A program made the position numbers and the translations under genes. Under the pieces are notes generated by a model. It saw only the letters and a list, made by a program, of their open reading frames with translations. It had not been told where the DNA came from and searched no databases. Source: Lama guanicoe (lineage: Eukaryota). Taken from it: 64,000 bases of DNA. The stretch is taken from contig MU054187.1 of NCBI GenBank assembly GCA_013239625.1, forward strand, positions 12,928,974 through 12,992,973, in the 5' to 3' direction. This document shows positions 1 through 14,319 of the stretch, piece by piece; positions within the stretch are counted from its first letter, which is position 1; each line of letters starts with the position of its first letter.

Positions 1-1156
1 TCCCCTGAGCTCATAACTCCTACTTGAGCCTTGGGGAAGTTACCTCCACAGTTTTTAGTCCTCAGTCTCCTGGTTTGTCAAATTGAGGACACGGCCTAGA
101 TGACTTGGCTTTAAAGTTCTATTATCTATAGGTGGACAATATCTACCAAATCTCTCTAGCTGATACCTCCATCTCTCCCTCTTTATTATCTTCAAACTAA
201 AATGCCTTGGCCAACTCCAACCCTCAGACACCAGCGGGGTTTACTGCCCAGAGCATCTAGTCCAAATTCCTTATCTGGCTTTACTTCTCATGCCTCCCTC
301 AATGTGTTACCTGGTTTCTTAGATACATTACCAAATAGTATCCAAAAGGATTGTTATCAATTTCAACTGTATTCGTTTTGCCACAGCCTTACACGCACTG
401 GTTGTTGCTGTTTTAAATAAGTCGTTACTACCTCATTAAGCATAGAACAGAAGTGCATGGTTTTAATTGGGAGATATTGGAGATGCTTGTATGCATGTGC
501 CTGAAAATTGTATTTCCCTCTATGAAATGTCCAAATCCTTTGCCAAATTTTTATATTCCTTTACTGATATATATATATATATAAAAGTTTTAATGCTTCT
601 TTCATATTTGCAGATACTTACCCAAGCCTGAGCTCCTCAGATTACGCTTATATTTCCTCCGATTGTGTCTTCCTTTACAGAAATCTTTGACTTTGACGTA
701 ATCCTGCTGCACTGCCGGAGGGCCCCTTGCAGATTTAGGGGTCAGTGTTCACATTTATTCTAAGGTTGCAGGGAGTTTCTGATCTAACTTTACACTCCTT
801 GGGACCACATGTGCCAGGGGTACCTGGAAGGGAGGCAGAGCTCAGGGTTCCTGCAGGACCCCTTCTCTGTGCTTCGGGACGATGGAGACCCTCCTTACTC
901 AGTTCTCAGTCTAATCGAGGTGAAAGATTACTGTCCCGAAACGGAATTAAGTAAGCCCACTCCCTGCAGAGAGGAGACTCTTGCTACATGTGTAACGACA
1001 TGGAGTCGAGGCCAGGGGAGCCCCTGTCTCTGGCTAGACTCTGAACCTATGCTAAAACAACACAGATTACAAAATGAAGTGCAGAGCTTTTGGGGAAAAT
1101 CTGTATCAAGATTATCTGAATTTAGTGAACATGTAACATGGTAATCAGCAATTACA

Positions 1157-1240
1157 CAGTTGACCCTTGAGCAACTTGGGTGTTAATCTGCTCATAATTT
1201 ACAGTCAGCCCTCTGTATCCACAGTTCCTCCACATCCACA
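1157..1240. mobile_element. Tigger/MER2-group DNA transposon terminal fragment
   Basis: CAGTTGACCCTTGAGCAAC and TACAGTCAGCCCTCTGTATCCACAG resemble Tigger-family termini; by-eye only. Confidence 0.45.
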
Positions 1241-2331
1241 CCTCTCTAATTGACAGGACAGAACATGAAAAGATGAGCAGTTCAAATTTCATCATAGTGC
1301 ACAGCATAACCAACGAAGCCAGACAGTATGATCTGAACAGCTGTGCTAACTTATCATTTAAATAATTATCTGCACATTATCTGGACTTTAGCTTCTTTAA
1401 CAGTAAAATGAGGACACTACCATTGTGAAGATTATATAAGATAATTCACGCTGAAGTGTTTCATATAACATGTTAGTGTTGTCATGTGAAGTGAGTTGTT
1501 CAAGTCATCTCTCTGGGCTCAGGTCTCTCACTGGTAAAGATGATCATAAAGTGATCTTCCAGCTTAAAAATGCTTTCATCCTTCAGTGAAATTTAAATAC
1601 AGTTGAAGTTTGTTCTGATGGAGATGATACCATCACTGAGTCCCTGTGAAAGGGTCTTCATCTCTAGCCTTGAATGAATATCCTATCGCTATCCTCTCCG
1701 TCCCTCACTCATTCACATCTTTTGATGCTGAGGATAAATTCTACCTCCTTCATTAGTTTCTTTCTCCAAACATTTTGTAAAAGAAATCTCTAGTCCCTGC
1801 ATTCTTCTAGAACATTCTGCTGCTTCTCTTAGCATGCCATTCTTAAAATCCAACCTTTATTAGGCTTGGCTGTTCACAGAGAATGTTCCTTAGGGACAGA
1901 GAATAACCCTCTTGCACTCAGTATCCCTATCAAACCTAAGAGTGCCTTGTAATTAAGAGACGCTCAATGATTAGCTAAGGGAATGTTTAAGAGCATGACC
2001 AAAGCCGCATTTACAGGTGGCAGTAGAAAGAACTATGCTCTCTGCCTTTCCTTCAATCAGAGAACAGCGTAATAGAATTTAGTGGCAAGTCCAAGGAATA
2101 CATCTCAAAAGCAATGTGCTTCCTCTATAACCACTCTCAATATCAGAGCTGAGTCAAGGGAGGTAATTAGATGAACAAATGTACTGAAACGGACACCTCA
2201 GGGAGAACGCTAAGTGGAAGACTGGAAAGGAAAGAGACTCCACAGAGAGAAAGTTCTTAGAATGCTCAGAACATTTAAAATGTCATCAGGGATGGAAAAG
2301 AAAAGAAACCACAGACATTGAAAATGATGTC

Positions 2332-2543
2332 TGGGATTTCCAAATTGTAGGATAGATTAAAAAGACTATACTGTATAGCACAGGGAAATATATAAAAGAT
2401 CTTATTGTAGCTCACAGAGAAAAAAATGTGACAATGAATATATATATGTTCATGTATAACTGAAAAATTGTGCTCTACACTGGAATTTGACACAACATTG
2501 TAAAATGATTATAAGTCAATAAAAAATGTTAAAAAAAAAGAAA
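2332..2543 (+). mobile_element. Young L1 3' end (5'-truncated) with target-site duplication
   Basis: CTGTATAGCACAGGGAAATATA...AATAAAAAATG plus A-tail; TSD AAAATGATGTC at 2321-2331 and 2544-2554; close to the copy at about 4106-4324. Confidence 0.85.
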
Positions 2544-2798
2544 AAAATGATGTCAGTGGCAGAGAAAATGAATTCTTACATTTGGGGAGCATGTTACAAC
2601 TGGCAACATGCTTTTTTATATAAATTAGCCAAACTGAAATGAATACAAGCCTATTAATTAGACAGGGCAGATGTGAGACTCCGCAAAGTGAAGGAAAGGT
2701 GGAGACGTGTGCACTCTTGGGGGGCTATAATTGTGAGAATCTTGAAGAGGTTTCGGTACACATATTAACCAAAATGGTGTCATGTAAGAGATGGTTGT

Positions 2799-2888
2799 GG
2801 CGGGTGGGTACAGCCTGGTGGCAGAGCACATGCTCAGCATGCACAAGGTCCTGGGTTCAACCCTAGCACCTCCATAACAAAAGAAAAA
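2799..2888 (+). mobile_element. tRNA-derived SINE (camelid-type, inferred)
   Basis: Pol III A-box-like TGGTGGCAGAGC, B-box GGGTTCAACCC, A-tail; TSD AGATGGTTGT (2789-2798) / AGACGGTTGT (2889-2898). Confidence 0.85.
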
Positions 2889-3890
2889 AGACGGTTGTGA
2901 TGTAATTTGCGAAACAGGTACTTCCTGAACATGGAGTGGTCGTGGTGAATCTTTTCCTTGGCCCTTAATCTTAGTGAATAAAACACTGTAATTCTTAAGT
3001 TTATTTTCTGAGTAATTTATATCCTACCTTTCCCCCAAAAAGGTTTAAGATACCCACCAAATATATACACAATAACTGTACAGCAACCCTTTAAAACAAT
3101 GAATGAGTACCTCAGGAGAAAAACTGAGATGGGGAATGTGAATAAAATAAAGCCAGGTGGGGAGAGTGGTCAGCACCTGCCCAGAGGTCGGCAGTCAACA
3201 CAGGCAGAGGCAGGACAGTCAATGGCTCACACGGTACATGAGGTCGGACAAACCCATCTCTCTATAGAAACGTGAGTGTACCTCGTGCAGAGACGGGACT
3301 GAAATGCCTTACGGGACTGCTCACCGGGAGGGTATTGTGTGACCCCAGGAACCCACCCTCGTGGTAAATAAAACAGCATGTTTTACAAGACTCTTACTTC
3401 TGAGGCCGATTACAGCGGATTCCTCACAATGGACTCTGCGCTTCCAAGCACAGAGCGCTGACGTTGGGCATTTTGCTTATTTTAAGGGTAAAACTGAAGC
3501 TATCTGGAAGAACGAGGCCATTCTTTACCCTCTGGCAGCCGACAGAAGCAAGCTGCTACCTGAGCCTTAGACAGCGACGAGGCAGGAGGTTATACTATGA
3601 GCTACGTGGAGTGGAGCGGTTCTTGGCTGCTGTGTTGAGAGAGACTCATAAGCTTTGTTACCAAGTTAAGCTGTGCTGAGAAGGGAAATGACATTCTCTT
3701 ATGGAAATTCAGAGACCTACCCAGGGAAGATTCCCAGGCAGAAGGCCACAGCCTTCAGGGAAGGCCTGTGATGCTCCTCAGAAAGCTGCTCGGGAGCCAC
3801 ACAGACCCACAAGGTAATGGGCCGACAAGCCTCCACGGTGGCATGCCACGGAGGGTGAGCACGGCCTTGTGCTGGGAGACTTTTACAGTG

Positions 3891-4324
3891 GAACATGGAT
3901 GCTCCCGGAGAACGTCATTCTAAGTGAAGTAAGCCAGAAAGAGAAAGAAAAATACCATATGAGATCGCTCATATGTAGAATCTAAAAAACAAAAACAAAA
4001 AACAAACAAACAAAAACAAAGCATAAATACAGGACAGAAATAGACTCTTAGACAGAGAATACAGACGTGTGGTTGCCAGGGGGGCGGAGGGTGGGAAGGG
4101 ATAGACTGAGATTTCAAAATTGTAGAATAGATAAACAAGATTACACTGTATAGCACAGGGAAATATACACAAAATGTTATGGTAGCTCACAGAGAAAAAA
4201 ATGTGACAATGAGTGTGTATATGTCCATGTACGACTGAAAAATTGTGCTGAACACTGGAATTTGACACAACATTGTAAAATGATTATAAATCAATAAAAA
4301 ATGTTAAAAAAATAAAAAAAATAA
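3891..4324 (+). mobile_element. Young L1 3' end (ORF2 C-terminal tip plus 3'UTR and A-tail)
   Basis: CTAAGTGAAGTAAGCCAGAAAGAGAAAGAAAAATACCATATG is typical of the L1 ORF2 end; G-rich tract, AATAAA and poly-A follow. Confidence 0.88.
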
Positions 4325-4434
4325 AGTGGGAGCTATCTACCTTGGCAACGAATAACCTCATCAAGACCTTGAATAAAATACATTACATTATATAAGATTC
4401 TCAGGGACTGTTATCTCAAAGGATAAGAGAAGAC

Positions 4435-4737
4435 TTCAGAAAGAGACCCACAGACATAGCAAACAAACTATGGTTATCAAAGCGGAAAGTGGGAAAGGAA
4501 TAAATTAGGACTTTGAGATTAAGAGACACACACTACTATATATAAAAGAGATAAACAACAAGGACCTACTGTACAGCACAGGGAACCATATTCAATTTCT
4601 TGTAAAAAGCGATAATGGAAAAGAATCTGAAAATATATGTGTGTATATATATGCATGTATTTGTATAGCTGAATCATTTTGCTATACATCTGGAACTAAA
4701 ATGGTCAATCAACTATACTTCAAAAAATTATTTTAAA
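4435..4737 (+). mobile_element. L1 3'UTR fragment (artiodactyl-type) with TSD
   Basis: CACAGACATAGCAAACAAACTATGGTT...CTACTGTACAGCACAGGGAAC; TSD AAAGGATAAGAGAAGAC (4418-4434) / AAAGGCTAAGAGAAGAC (4738-4754). Confidence 0.85.
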
Positions 4738-7084
4738 AAAGGCTAAGAGAAGACAAAGAAACATTGATAACTTTACGTTATCAACCATAGAATCCTCTCA
4801 TAAAAACTTGGGTAAAATAAGCCAAGGCAAGTGAACTTGCTGACTAGTCTTACAGGATTAACCAGAAGTCAGAGACCAGTAAGTATTAATTAAATTAATT
4901 TCAAAGAATTTTTTTGATTTCTCTATCTGTATTCTATAACCACTGTTTCCCTTTCACAAATCACTAATTGAGGTCTCCCAGGTAAATTAAGTCCTCAGTC
5001 AAAATTGTAACTAACTTAAAGAGACCTTTGTCACCCCTGGAGTCTGGCATTCATCCACTCCGCAACACTCTATGGACAACCTCATAGAAATGTCTACCAT
5101 CCTTCTCACATGTTTCAACCTCCGGCTCAAATCCCCCACAGACACTTCATGTGGAGGAAACAGGTGAGACACGTTTTGAGGGCTTTATCCCAGGAAAAAA
5201 AACCCCACAAAGCACAATGCACCACAGTCATCATCTTCAGGAGGGAAGAACACATCAGCCTCCTGAGGCCACGGACCCTGCCTCTCTTGTCACCTCTATG
5301 TCCCCAGCACAAGGCACGATGCTGGGCACACAGCACGCATTTACACATTTCTGTTGAATGCATAATTGAAGAAACAAATATTTGAAGGCCTAGCATCCTT
5401 CAGTCACTTTGCAAGCCACCACATAATTTCATTCTCACATTCATCCTGTACAGAAGAGTGGTTTTATCCTCATTTTATTGAAAGCTGATACACTAAAGAG
5501 CTAAGTGACGTGCCCAGAGTAAATTACAAAGCCAGGATTCCAAGCCAGGTTAGCCCAATGCCAAATCCCTAGCCGCCACTCCAATTTCTCTCGGTTATAT
5601 TCCAAGGAAGTGTGATGCCCAAGAGAAGTTCACAGATGTGCCCCATGGGGATGGGGGCGGATGGAGAGTGGTACCCAGGCAGGTGTGACTGGAAAGCATT
5701 GGACACTATTCAACTTTAGTGACTATTACTGGATCAAAGGACCAGAAAAGACTTAACATAAAAGAATCCTGATAACTTTACACCAAAAACTTGTGTCCCT
5801 AACTGATCCTCCCTTGGAACTCATTAAAGGACATCCATCTCCATCTTCAAGAGATAGCAGTGCTGCCCAGGGCACTGTGGGAGAACCCATGATGTCAAGT
5901 CATGACATCACGCACGGCTGCTACTCCAACTTGCCCTCAGGAGATGCCACTGATGGCAGGCTGGCTGTGCAGCTTCGGCAAAATCCAATCTTTCTGGATT
6001 CCTTACTCATAATCTGTAAAGTGAAAGTCCTAGGCAAAAGAATCTATAAGGTCACGTCTAACTCTAAAATTCAAAACTTCCCTATTGTTCTACTGCCTCA
6101 TGCTAACGTTACTCAAGTGGATTTGTGCATAGAAGAGAGTCGTCAGTTTTCAAATCTGCTCTGTTCGATATATTTTTAAGTCAGTTGCTTGAAACTCAGA
6201 CGCTCTGTTCTCACAGAAACAATGGTAGATGTGATTTCCAATCCATGATTGCCAATCAATAATCTAGGTGAAGAATACATGTGTACAATGTAAAATATTA
6301 GAAACATATACTTAAATAGCAGCAGTATCATGAAGATGAAAACCAGTAAAATTTGTCTTAAACAATGGCACTGAAGAAAATGCAATTTTAATTTTATAAA
6401 GAGGGACTGAGTGAAGTTTCTGAAGAGGTCACAGAAATATTTTCAAAAGTGCTAGAAGGTGATTGTCCTGGATTAAGATGCTTTCCCTCTACAATGCATG
6501 ACCTCCCTTGTCCTTGATACAGGAATACCATTATCCTCTGCTTAGTGCTGCTCAGCCATGAGCTGTGAGTGGAGAAATAAAGGAAAAAAGAAAAAAAGTT
6601 GGCAAGGTGGAGAATGAGGTCCTCGCGGGGGAAGGAGAGGGGAAGGATGAAGAGGTGTTGTGAAAGTTGTTTCCTAAGCAAGTCCAAGGCAGATAATTAT
6701 TAAATAGGATAAACAGGAAGCAGGGACAGAGCAGATTCAGGAAAGTGGAAGATAAGAGATTTGTGGGATCATCCAGGAGACCCACAAACTGATCTTTTAA
6801 CTCAGGAAATACAGTACAAGATCACCTTCAATATACTACATACCACTTGCCTGTGAATGCAGACCTACGTTACTTTACCAGCAAAATAGAGCTCAAACAG
6901 TTAACACATTTAACTGAATGCCTCCTGATTACATGCCCTCCTGAGTGATTACGCTAATATATGCTATGAATGATTAAAGAAAATGCTATTACAATATAGC
7001 TACTATCTTTTGCGACTCTTTGCTTACATTTTCATTTTTCTGCTTGTTTGAAACTTCAGACTCAGTGGTTTCAAGAAGCAGCAT

Positions 7085-7295
7085 GCTTTCCTAATTAAGA
7101 ACTCAAGTCTGAAGCCAAGCTTCCAGAGGTTAAACCCAGTGTGGTCACTGATCCCTCCTTAGCTTCCCTGTCTATAAGATGCGGCAAATGACGTCGCCAC
7201 CTGTCTCCTGGATCTAGGTGGGAATGAATTAAGTTTGTGCATGAGTAGAGTTTAGAACAGTGCTCGGCACATAGTAAGTCCTCAAAATATATTCA
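7085..7295 (+). mobile_element. MIR SINE relic
   Basis: CTTAGCTTCCCTGTCTATAAGATG core-like segment and TTTAGAACAGTGCTCGGCACATAGTAAGTCCTCAA 3' end. Confidence 0.65.
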
Positions 7296-8327
7296 CCATT
7301 AATATATTCGTATATGAAATATAAAAACAAGAGAACTACATATTGAATTTTTATCTGTATATTACTAAGTACAAAATGTAGGGTACAGAATAGTATGTAT
7401 AATATGCTAAGATCACTAAGGAAAAAGAGAAATAATTAAAAGTATAGCTCTTTGAATGTGGAAAAATAAAAGTGCTCAGGGCAGGGGCCACATCCATGTT
7501 TATAGGAGCAAAGTGCGTCCCCAGAAGGAGACATCAGAAACTCTGTGGAGAAGAACCAAGGGGCTGGTGCAGAAGCTGAAGGCGGTTTTGCTCTTCTATG
7601 CAAACCCTTGTGGACCTTTATTGTTTTGTTCCATCCTCATTTGTTAGCCTTCAGTAAATTAAAAAAAATTATTAAACTTAATTTTTCTTTGGCTATGAAG
7701 TTAGGAACAAAATTGGTAGCCATTAGTCCTCAATGCTACCTTTATTTAGAACTTAATCCAAAATTCATCCATGAAACCATCCAACCCCAATTAAATAAGG
7801 TGGAGGAATGGCAAATACAACTTTCTATGTCCTTTTCTCAATCATCTCCAATTAAAAAAACGGAATCAGTAAATGCTGATGTCCTTCAACTTAGACAAGG
7901 CAACTTATCACATTGATTTGTGTTGGTTCCATAGGACACTTAGCACTTCACAGAGACAATGACTCAGTTAGCTACAAAAGAAGATAAAATAATGAATGCT
8001 TGGGAGGTTAGTAAACTAATTAATTAGCTCAATAATATACATTTTCTTATTTATACACAAATCATGTGTTATATTAATATGAGAAAAAGTTACATATTGG
8101 AATCCAAGTGTACTAAATTTGACTCTTAAAGGTATCCTGATTTCAGGCCAACTGAAAATATTAGAGTACTGAGGCACAAAACAGGTAAATGCTAAAACAC
8201 TGAATTTTTCACTTGTTGGAAACAAGCCCAAAATTCAAAGGTAAGGCAATTCATTTTTACTACATTCCTGGCAATATAAACAAAGAGTGGATTTTATTCC
8301 CAGGAATTTTATAATCTCATTAAGGAG

Positions 8328-8392
8328 CAAGAAAAGAAAAGAAAAGAAGAAAAGAAAAGAACAGAAAAGAAAACAACAGAACAGAACAGAAC
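8328..8392. repeat. (GAAAA)n/(GAACA)n microsatellite
   Basis: Pentamer repeats directly visible. Confidence 0.9.
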
Positions 8393-9757
8393 ACCTTTAG
8401 ACAATCAAACACAACAACCCCAGACAAAGATCTGTTTTGTTTTCTCACATCTTAATAGCCTGGCTATTTTAGATACAAATATTTGTGTTGCTGGCAAATG
8501 TCTCCAAACTGCTAGTTAAATTGTTTTGCTGAAATAGCTTCTTTCTGAGCTGAACAAACTGTAAACTACTCCGAAGTCCACAAGGCATCAATGAACAGGA
8601 GCAAGTATGGCCTGCCTCAAGATCTGCAAAACCGCCCACTCGGCCAAACAAGAGTCAAGATGGAAGCTTTTGCAAAACCCAGGGATCCTGTCTACAGAGC
8701 CCAGATGTGGGCACGCTAGGTAGTATAGATGTGGCCCAAATTTCTTGCCTTCATAGGGAAGACGGCTGGCAGTCTAGTTTTTCATCCTGTCACACTGAAT
8801 TCCTCTGAGAGCTCAGAGCTCTCCTACCACTTTGCACAAGAATGTTCCCCTGTTTTTCATGCGCTTTGCTCCACTTTCGGGTGCTTTGGCAAGGATCAAA
8901 GAAGCAGAGGGAACAAATGGTTTCCCATGCATATTGAATTCCCTCTTATACTGATTTTTCCTCTGTCACTTGAAATTCAATATTGGCAAGATTCCTGTAC
9001 ATCACCTTAACCAGTAAATTGTCTGCGTGCAGTCAGGGCATGAAAAGGTAGATTTCAAGATTTTGTAAGAAATTCAAATGAACAAATCCTTTGAAAAAGT
9101 AACTTTTCTATGGCATCCATACTGAAATTCGTTCCTAATAAATAAATAATCAGCATTAACCTAAAATGTTTACTTATCATTTACTTGTATCTCTCTCTGA
9201 TTGCTCTGTATTATTTTCAAAATACAATGTTACAGGTGAATACTCCTTTCAGAAGAATTCCACATCCTCAAAATTCTTTATTAACTTAATAATACCTAAC
9301 ATTTATTGAGCATTCAAGAGCCATGTGCCTCATTTTCCTCATCTGTAAAATGAGACAATAGTACCTACTTCATGGCTATGCTTGTGAGACTGCAAGTAAT
9401 GTAATGTAAAGCTCTAAACACAGTAATTGTATTTTTCCTTATAATATGATCACTGTCATAGTTATTGAGATGTTCTAAAACATTATGGACTAGAAAAATG
9501 TTTTCAAGCCAAATTATTTAAATACAGCAGAGTGACTGGATTACAAATGAGTATTCATATTTTGATTATACACAGATGGGTCGTACAATAAAGAAAAATA
9601 TTTTTGAAAGGATGGCTTAAGTGTTCTTCTAAGAAAAGTCAATTTAAAAAATTCTTCTCATGAATTACTCTCAAGTGGTTAAATTATTTTTATGACTTTT
9701 TTGAAAAAATGTATTCAGTTATGTTGGTAACAACATGCCTTAAGATTTCAGAGTCCA

Positions 9758-9924
9758 GATAAACAGGTTTCTCCTGTATTGCACAGAAAACTATATTCAA
9801 CATCTTGCAGTAACTTATAATGAAAAAAAGTGCAAAGAAATACATGTATTTACATGTATGACTGAAACATTATGCTGTACATGAGAAATTGACACATCGT
9901 TAACTGACTATACTTCAATAAAAA
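9758..9924 (+). mobile_element. L1 3' end fragment
   Basis: Same 3'UTR family (ACTGACTATACTTCAATAAAA end); degenerate TSD AAGATTTCAGAGTCCA / AAGATTTTAGAATTCA. Confidence 0.8.
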
Positions 9925-10454
9925 AAGATTTTAGAATTCAGTATAAGGAAATTATATACTCTTTACACTTTAGTGGCTGAGAGATAATAATATCAGAGTT
10001 TAGATATTAGCACAAAAGGAAAACATCCTGAAATGTCTTTTTCTTTTTTTCTTACCTCTATTTTTAAACATAGAAGAAAACCATTATCTTTGCAAAATTT
10101 TTTTAAAAAATAAATTTAACTTTAAGAAAAATTTCTTTTAAAATGTTAAAAAGGAATTGAAAATGAAATCTGTCATTCAAAATTAAAGTAATATTGGATT
10201 TAATATTATCTTACAGTCTTAGATTTGAACAGAGTTGACTCTGACCAAAATTTTCTTATATAGATAGTGGAATCGGAAGGTACCATGTAATATCCTTCTC
10301 TCAGAAACTAAACACATTCTCTAACAATAGAAAGCCATTTAATTTGGGAGATATGAGCAACTGGACTTCTGTAACAAATGACACATACAGCACACTATCA
10401 AACTTCTAAGATTTTTATCCAATAAAATGTTTATAAATGTACACCTCTTTCAAA

Positions 10455-11905
10455 GGGAATGTTTAAATGATAGTGAGAATAAAAAAATTTTTGAATTAAA
10501 TGAAATGAAAAAATACCCAAATTTTGTGGGATGCAACAAAAGCAGTGCTTAGAGGGAACTTTGAATGTGTATATGAGAAAAGGAAGAAAAATTTAAAATC
10601 AAGAATCTAAACTTCAAGCCTTAGAAAACTAGAAAAAGAGGGGCAAATGAAATCAAAAGTAAGCGAAGAAATACCAAGAATCAGAGAAGTTAATGAAAAC
10701 AGGGAAACAACAGAGCAAAATCAATGAAACTAAACGTCGGCTCTTTGAAAAGGTCAATAAAATTAATAAACCTCTAGCCAAGTTAACCAGGACAAAAAGA
10801 GAGAAGATATAAATTACTAATATCAGAAATGAAAGAGGGGTCATTACTAGCAATATCATGAATATTAAAAGGATAATAAAAGAATTTTATGAACAACTCT
10901 ATGCCCACAAATTTTCTAGATCATAACATAAGAGAAAATCTTATTTACAAAAAAGCAGACTCAAAGACATAGAAAACAAACTTATGGTAACCAGGCGAGA
11001 AAGGGGGTGGGAAGGGATAAATTTGGAGTTTGAGATTTGCAGATACTAACTACTATATATAAAATAGATAAACAACAAGTTTCTACAGTAGAGCACAGGG
11101 AACTATATTCAATATCTTGTAGTAACCTAAAACAAAAAAGAATATGAAAACGAATATATGTATGTACATGTAAGACTGAGTTATTATGCTGTACACCAGA
11201 AGCTGACACAACCTTGTAAACTGACTATTCATCAATTTAAAAACAAAAAAGAAAATTTTTAGTTTGACAATGAATCTTCAGATACAAAATAAAATGCATG
11301 TTCCATGAAAGGAAAAAATTTTGTAAGATGGAGTTCATTAAAATGAGTAACTTCTGCTCTGTGAAAGATACTGTTCAAAGAATGAAAAGACAAGACACAG
11401 AATGGGAGGAAGTATTTGCAAAAAAAAAAAATCTGATAAAGGACTTGTATCTGAAACATACAAAGAACTTTTAAAACTCAACAATAAGAAAACAAACAAC
11501 CTAATAAAAAAGTGGGCAAAAGATCTGAACAGACATCTCACCAAAGAAGATATACAGATGGCAAATAATTATATGAAAAGATACTCAAAGTCATATTTCA
11601 TTAGGAAAATAAAAGTGAAACAACTAGATACCACTACACCTAGTAATGCTGACAAGCATGTGGAGCAATGGGCTCTCTCGTTATTGCTGGTAGAAATGCA
11701 AAATGATACAGCCACTTTGGAAGACATTTTGGCAGCTTCTTATAAAACTAAACATACTCTTACCATATAATACAGCCATCACACTCTTCAGTATTTACCC
11801 AAATGAGTTGAAAATTTATGTCTATACGAAAACCTACGCAAATGTTTATAGTAGCTTTATTTACAACTGCCAAAACTGGAAACAACCAAGATGTCCTTCA
11901 ATTGG
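10455..11905 (+). mobile_element. Old degenerate L1 ORF2 fragments, interrupted by a younger L1 3' end
   Basis: TTGTGGGATGCAACAAAAGCAGTGCTTAGAGGG translates to LWDATKAVLRG (L1 ORF2). ORF 11402..11770 ([44 protein letters not shown]) resembles the L1 ORF2 C-terminal region. Boundaries approximate. Confidence 0.88.
10941..11249 (+). mobile_element. Younger L1 3' end nested in the old L1
   Basis: GACTCAAAGACATAGAAAACAAACTTATGGTAACC...GTAGAGCACAGGGAACTATATTC; short AGAAAAT(C/T)TT duplication on both sides. Confidence 0.82.
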
Positions 11906-14319
11906 GCATGCGGAGGCTGGCATTGCTAGTTTAAGAGTAGGCATAATTTTCTTGAACCTAAGGAGTAAATTAAAATGTGGCTGAATGATTGGCTAAATCT
12001 CACTATGTTTCTCAAAGTAGATGGATTCTTATATATCTCCAGATGATGTAAATTTTATTTTGTTAAGATGTTCAATGCATTAGTAATAAACCCATTTTTT
12101 AAATGAATGCAAAGGCACTGTTTTTAGTTTTTAAAATTTGAGATTAAGTTTTCACATTCAAGTTACGTTATTTTTAATGTATTACACATGTCTAATGAAG
12201 GGAGGATACGGCTTTCAATGTTTATTTATAAATATACTAAAATAATTTTCACCTTAAGATTCATGAGGAGGTACATATTTATAAGTAATACTGCATACTA
12301 TTGTGGACTTGAAAGATTACTACTGTTCCTATAATTTTTTAAACGTACAATTAAAAACAAATGAATCCTTACATGTTTGCTCTGAACAAACCTTACCAAG
12401 GTTATCTTTGTCTGTTCATTGTGATGTAACAATTCTGTAAATAATAAAGAACAGATGTCATAAGGGATGGGAGAATTCATGTACTGTGGATTCATCTGTA
12501 TGGCAGAATTTCATGAAACTGAGAGCAGAAATCTGGTCATACCTAAGATCACATAATGACTAGAATTTAACTTCCCAGTCCTAGAAAATACCAACTTTAA
12601 ACGTAATAGACTGCTAAAATAAAAATTAAAAAAAAAACCTGAAATAATTTCAACAAAAATTGACATTCATTATTTCAACTATTGTTTACTTCAAACTCAA
12701 ACAAAAACATTAAGTTAAATGTAATAAACCATTCCTCCTAACTCTTTAAATGATTTTCATGTACTTTGTCATCAAAACTCCCTTTTCATCAAGAAGGATA
12801 AATCTATAATTTTATATGTGACTAGTAATAAAGGAAAGTCAATACCAAAAAACTTAGGCTGAACCCCCAATCTTACCACAAATTAAAAAAAAAAAAAGAA
12901 AGAAAAACCCAGATTAAATCTTCCTTGAAGTTTTAAAATAATCCACATTTCTTTTTTAATGTGTAAACTCGCTGACCTTTCCACTTCTAACTACATAACA
13001 TAAGAAAGGCTGATCCACACACATGTATTCTAGTGGGAAGTAGTGAACATAAAAAAAATCTGAAAATATTATTTTCTCCCCAGTTCAATTCATTCTTATT
13101 CTGTAGCCATAAAGATACTGAAATTGAAATAAGTACCTAAAACATTAAGCATTTATTCAAATAAAATCTGAAATACATTATTCAGTCTTAAAATAAATTT
13201 ATGCACCTTTCAAAAATGATATATAAATTTTGAAAAGTACCTATTTGAATATAATTTCGCATCATTCCCCACATGGTGTGGCTTCGTGCCCACTCATCCC
13301 CACTCTTTCACGTGGCATCCCTTTTATAAATAAAGTTCACTTAGAACAATGTCAAGTTTCAGAGATCAACTTTTATGACATGTCCTAATTCTAAAAAGCT
13401 CTCATCAACCTTAGTTTAAGAAACATGGTTAAGTCTTCACCAGTTTGTTTTATACTGTGCTCTTCACAACCAAAACGTGATGAACTAAGTAAAACTGTCC
13501 TGCTGTTCTCCTTTTCTCAGGCTCTTACTCCACAGACTCTAAAGCGTTCCTAGTTCCCATTCACTTTGCTCTCCTCATTTCTAAATGCATTTTGGTCTCA
13601 AGAAGCCTGCATGACCCAGAAGGTTCATGTAAAAAACACAAGATATTCCTAAATTTGAACAAGCCATTACTTTCCCTCTTTGATGCTTATATGAAGTTTA
13701 TGTGAGTGGAGAGGAAAATTCTACGTAACTTCTACACTACATTCCATACTTTCTGTAACAAAGTTTATTTAAATGTGGAATGGAACATAGATGTGGAATA
13801 TAATCAAAAGACAGAAGAGGTACGTATACGAGGTTCTATGAATACTGTTTTTATACCTGTGAACTGAGTGAAAAATATATCAGTCTATTTTTTTTTAAAT
13901 AAAGGTAAATGGAATAATGATGATCAAAGATAAGCATGTCCAGAATTGAGATGTGCAACAGAAATGCAGAGTATTTGCAGTTAGCTGGAAGGCAAGATTA
14001 AGAATGATTCGACTTCCTGCTCTAGAATAAAACAGCATTGCATGCACTTAAGAGAAAAGGTAAAACAACTAAACACTTAAGAATCCTACGGAGGGTCACC
14101 TGCTAAGATTTACAAGATAAACCTATAGTCAAAATTTAAATAAGCATCCATTACATAAAAACTTTCCCCCTCCATGACTTGGGGTACTGACACTCTATGA
14201 TCAAGTCATAGAACTGGGTCTTTCACTGTAAGACCATTTTAACCTGACTGAGTGGACTTTGGCTCTAGGAATAAAAGCCAAAGGGAAAAAACTCGCTGCT
14301 TCTTTAAGGATAATAGCTC

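Noticed and set aside
11402..11984. 122-aa and 93-aa ORFs as genes
   Set aside because: Frameshifted L1 ORF2 remnants.
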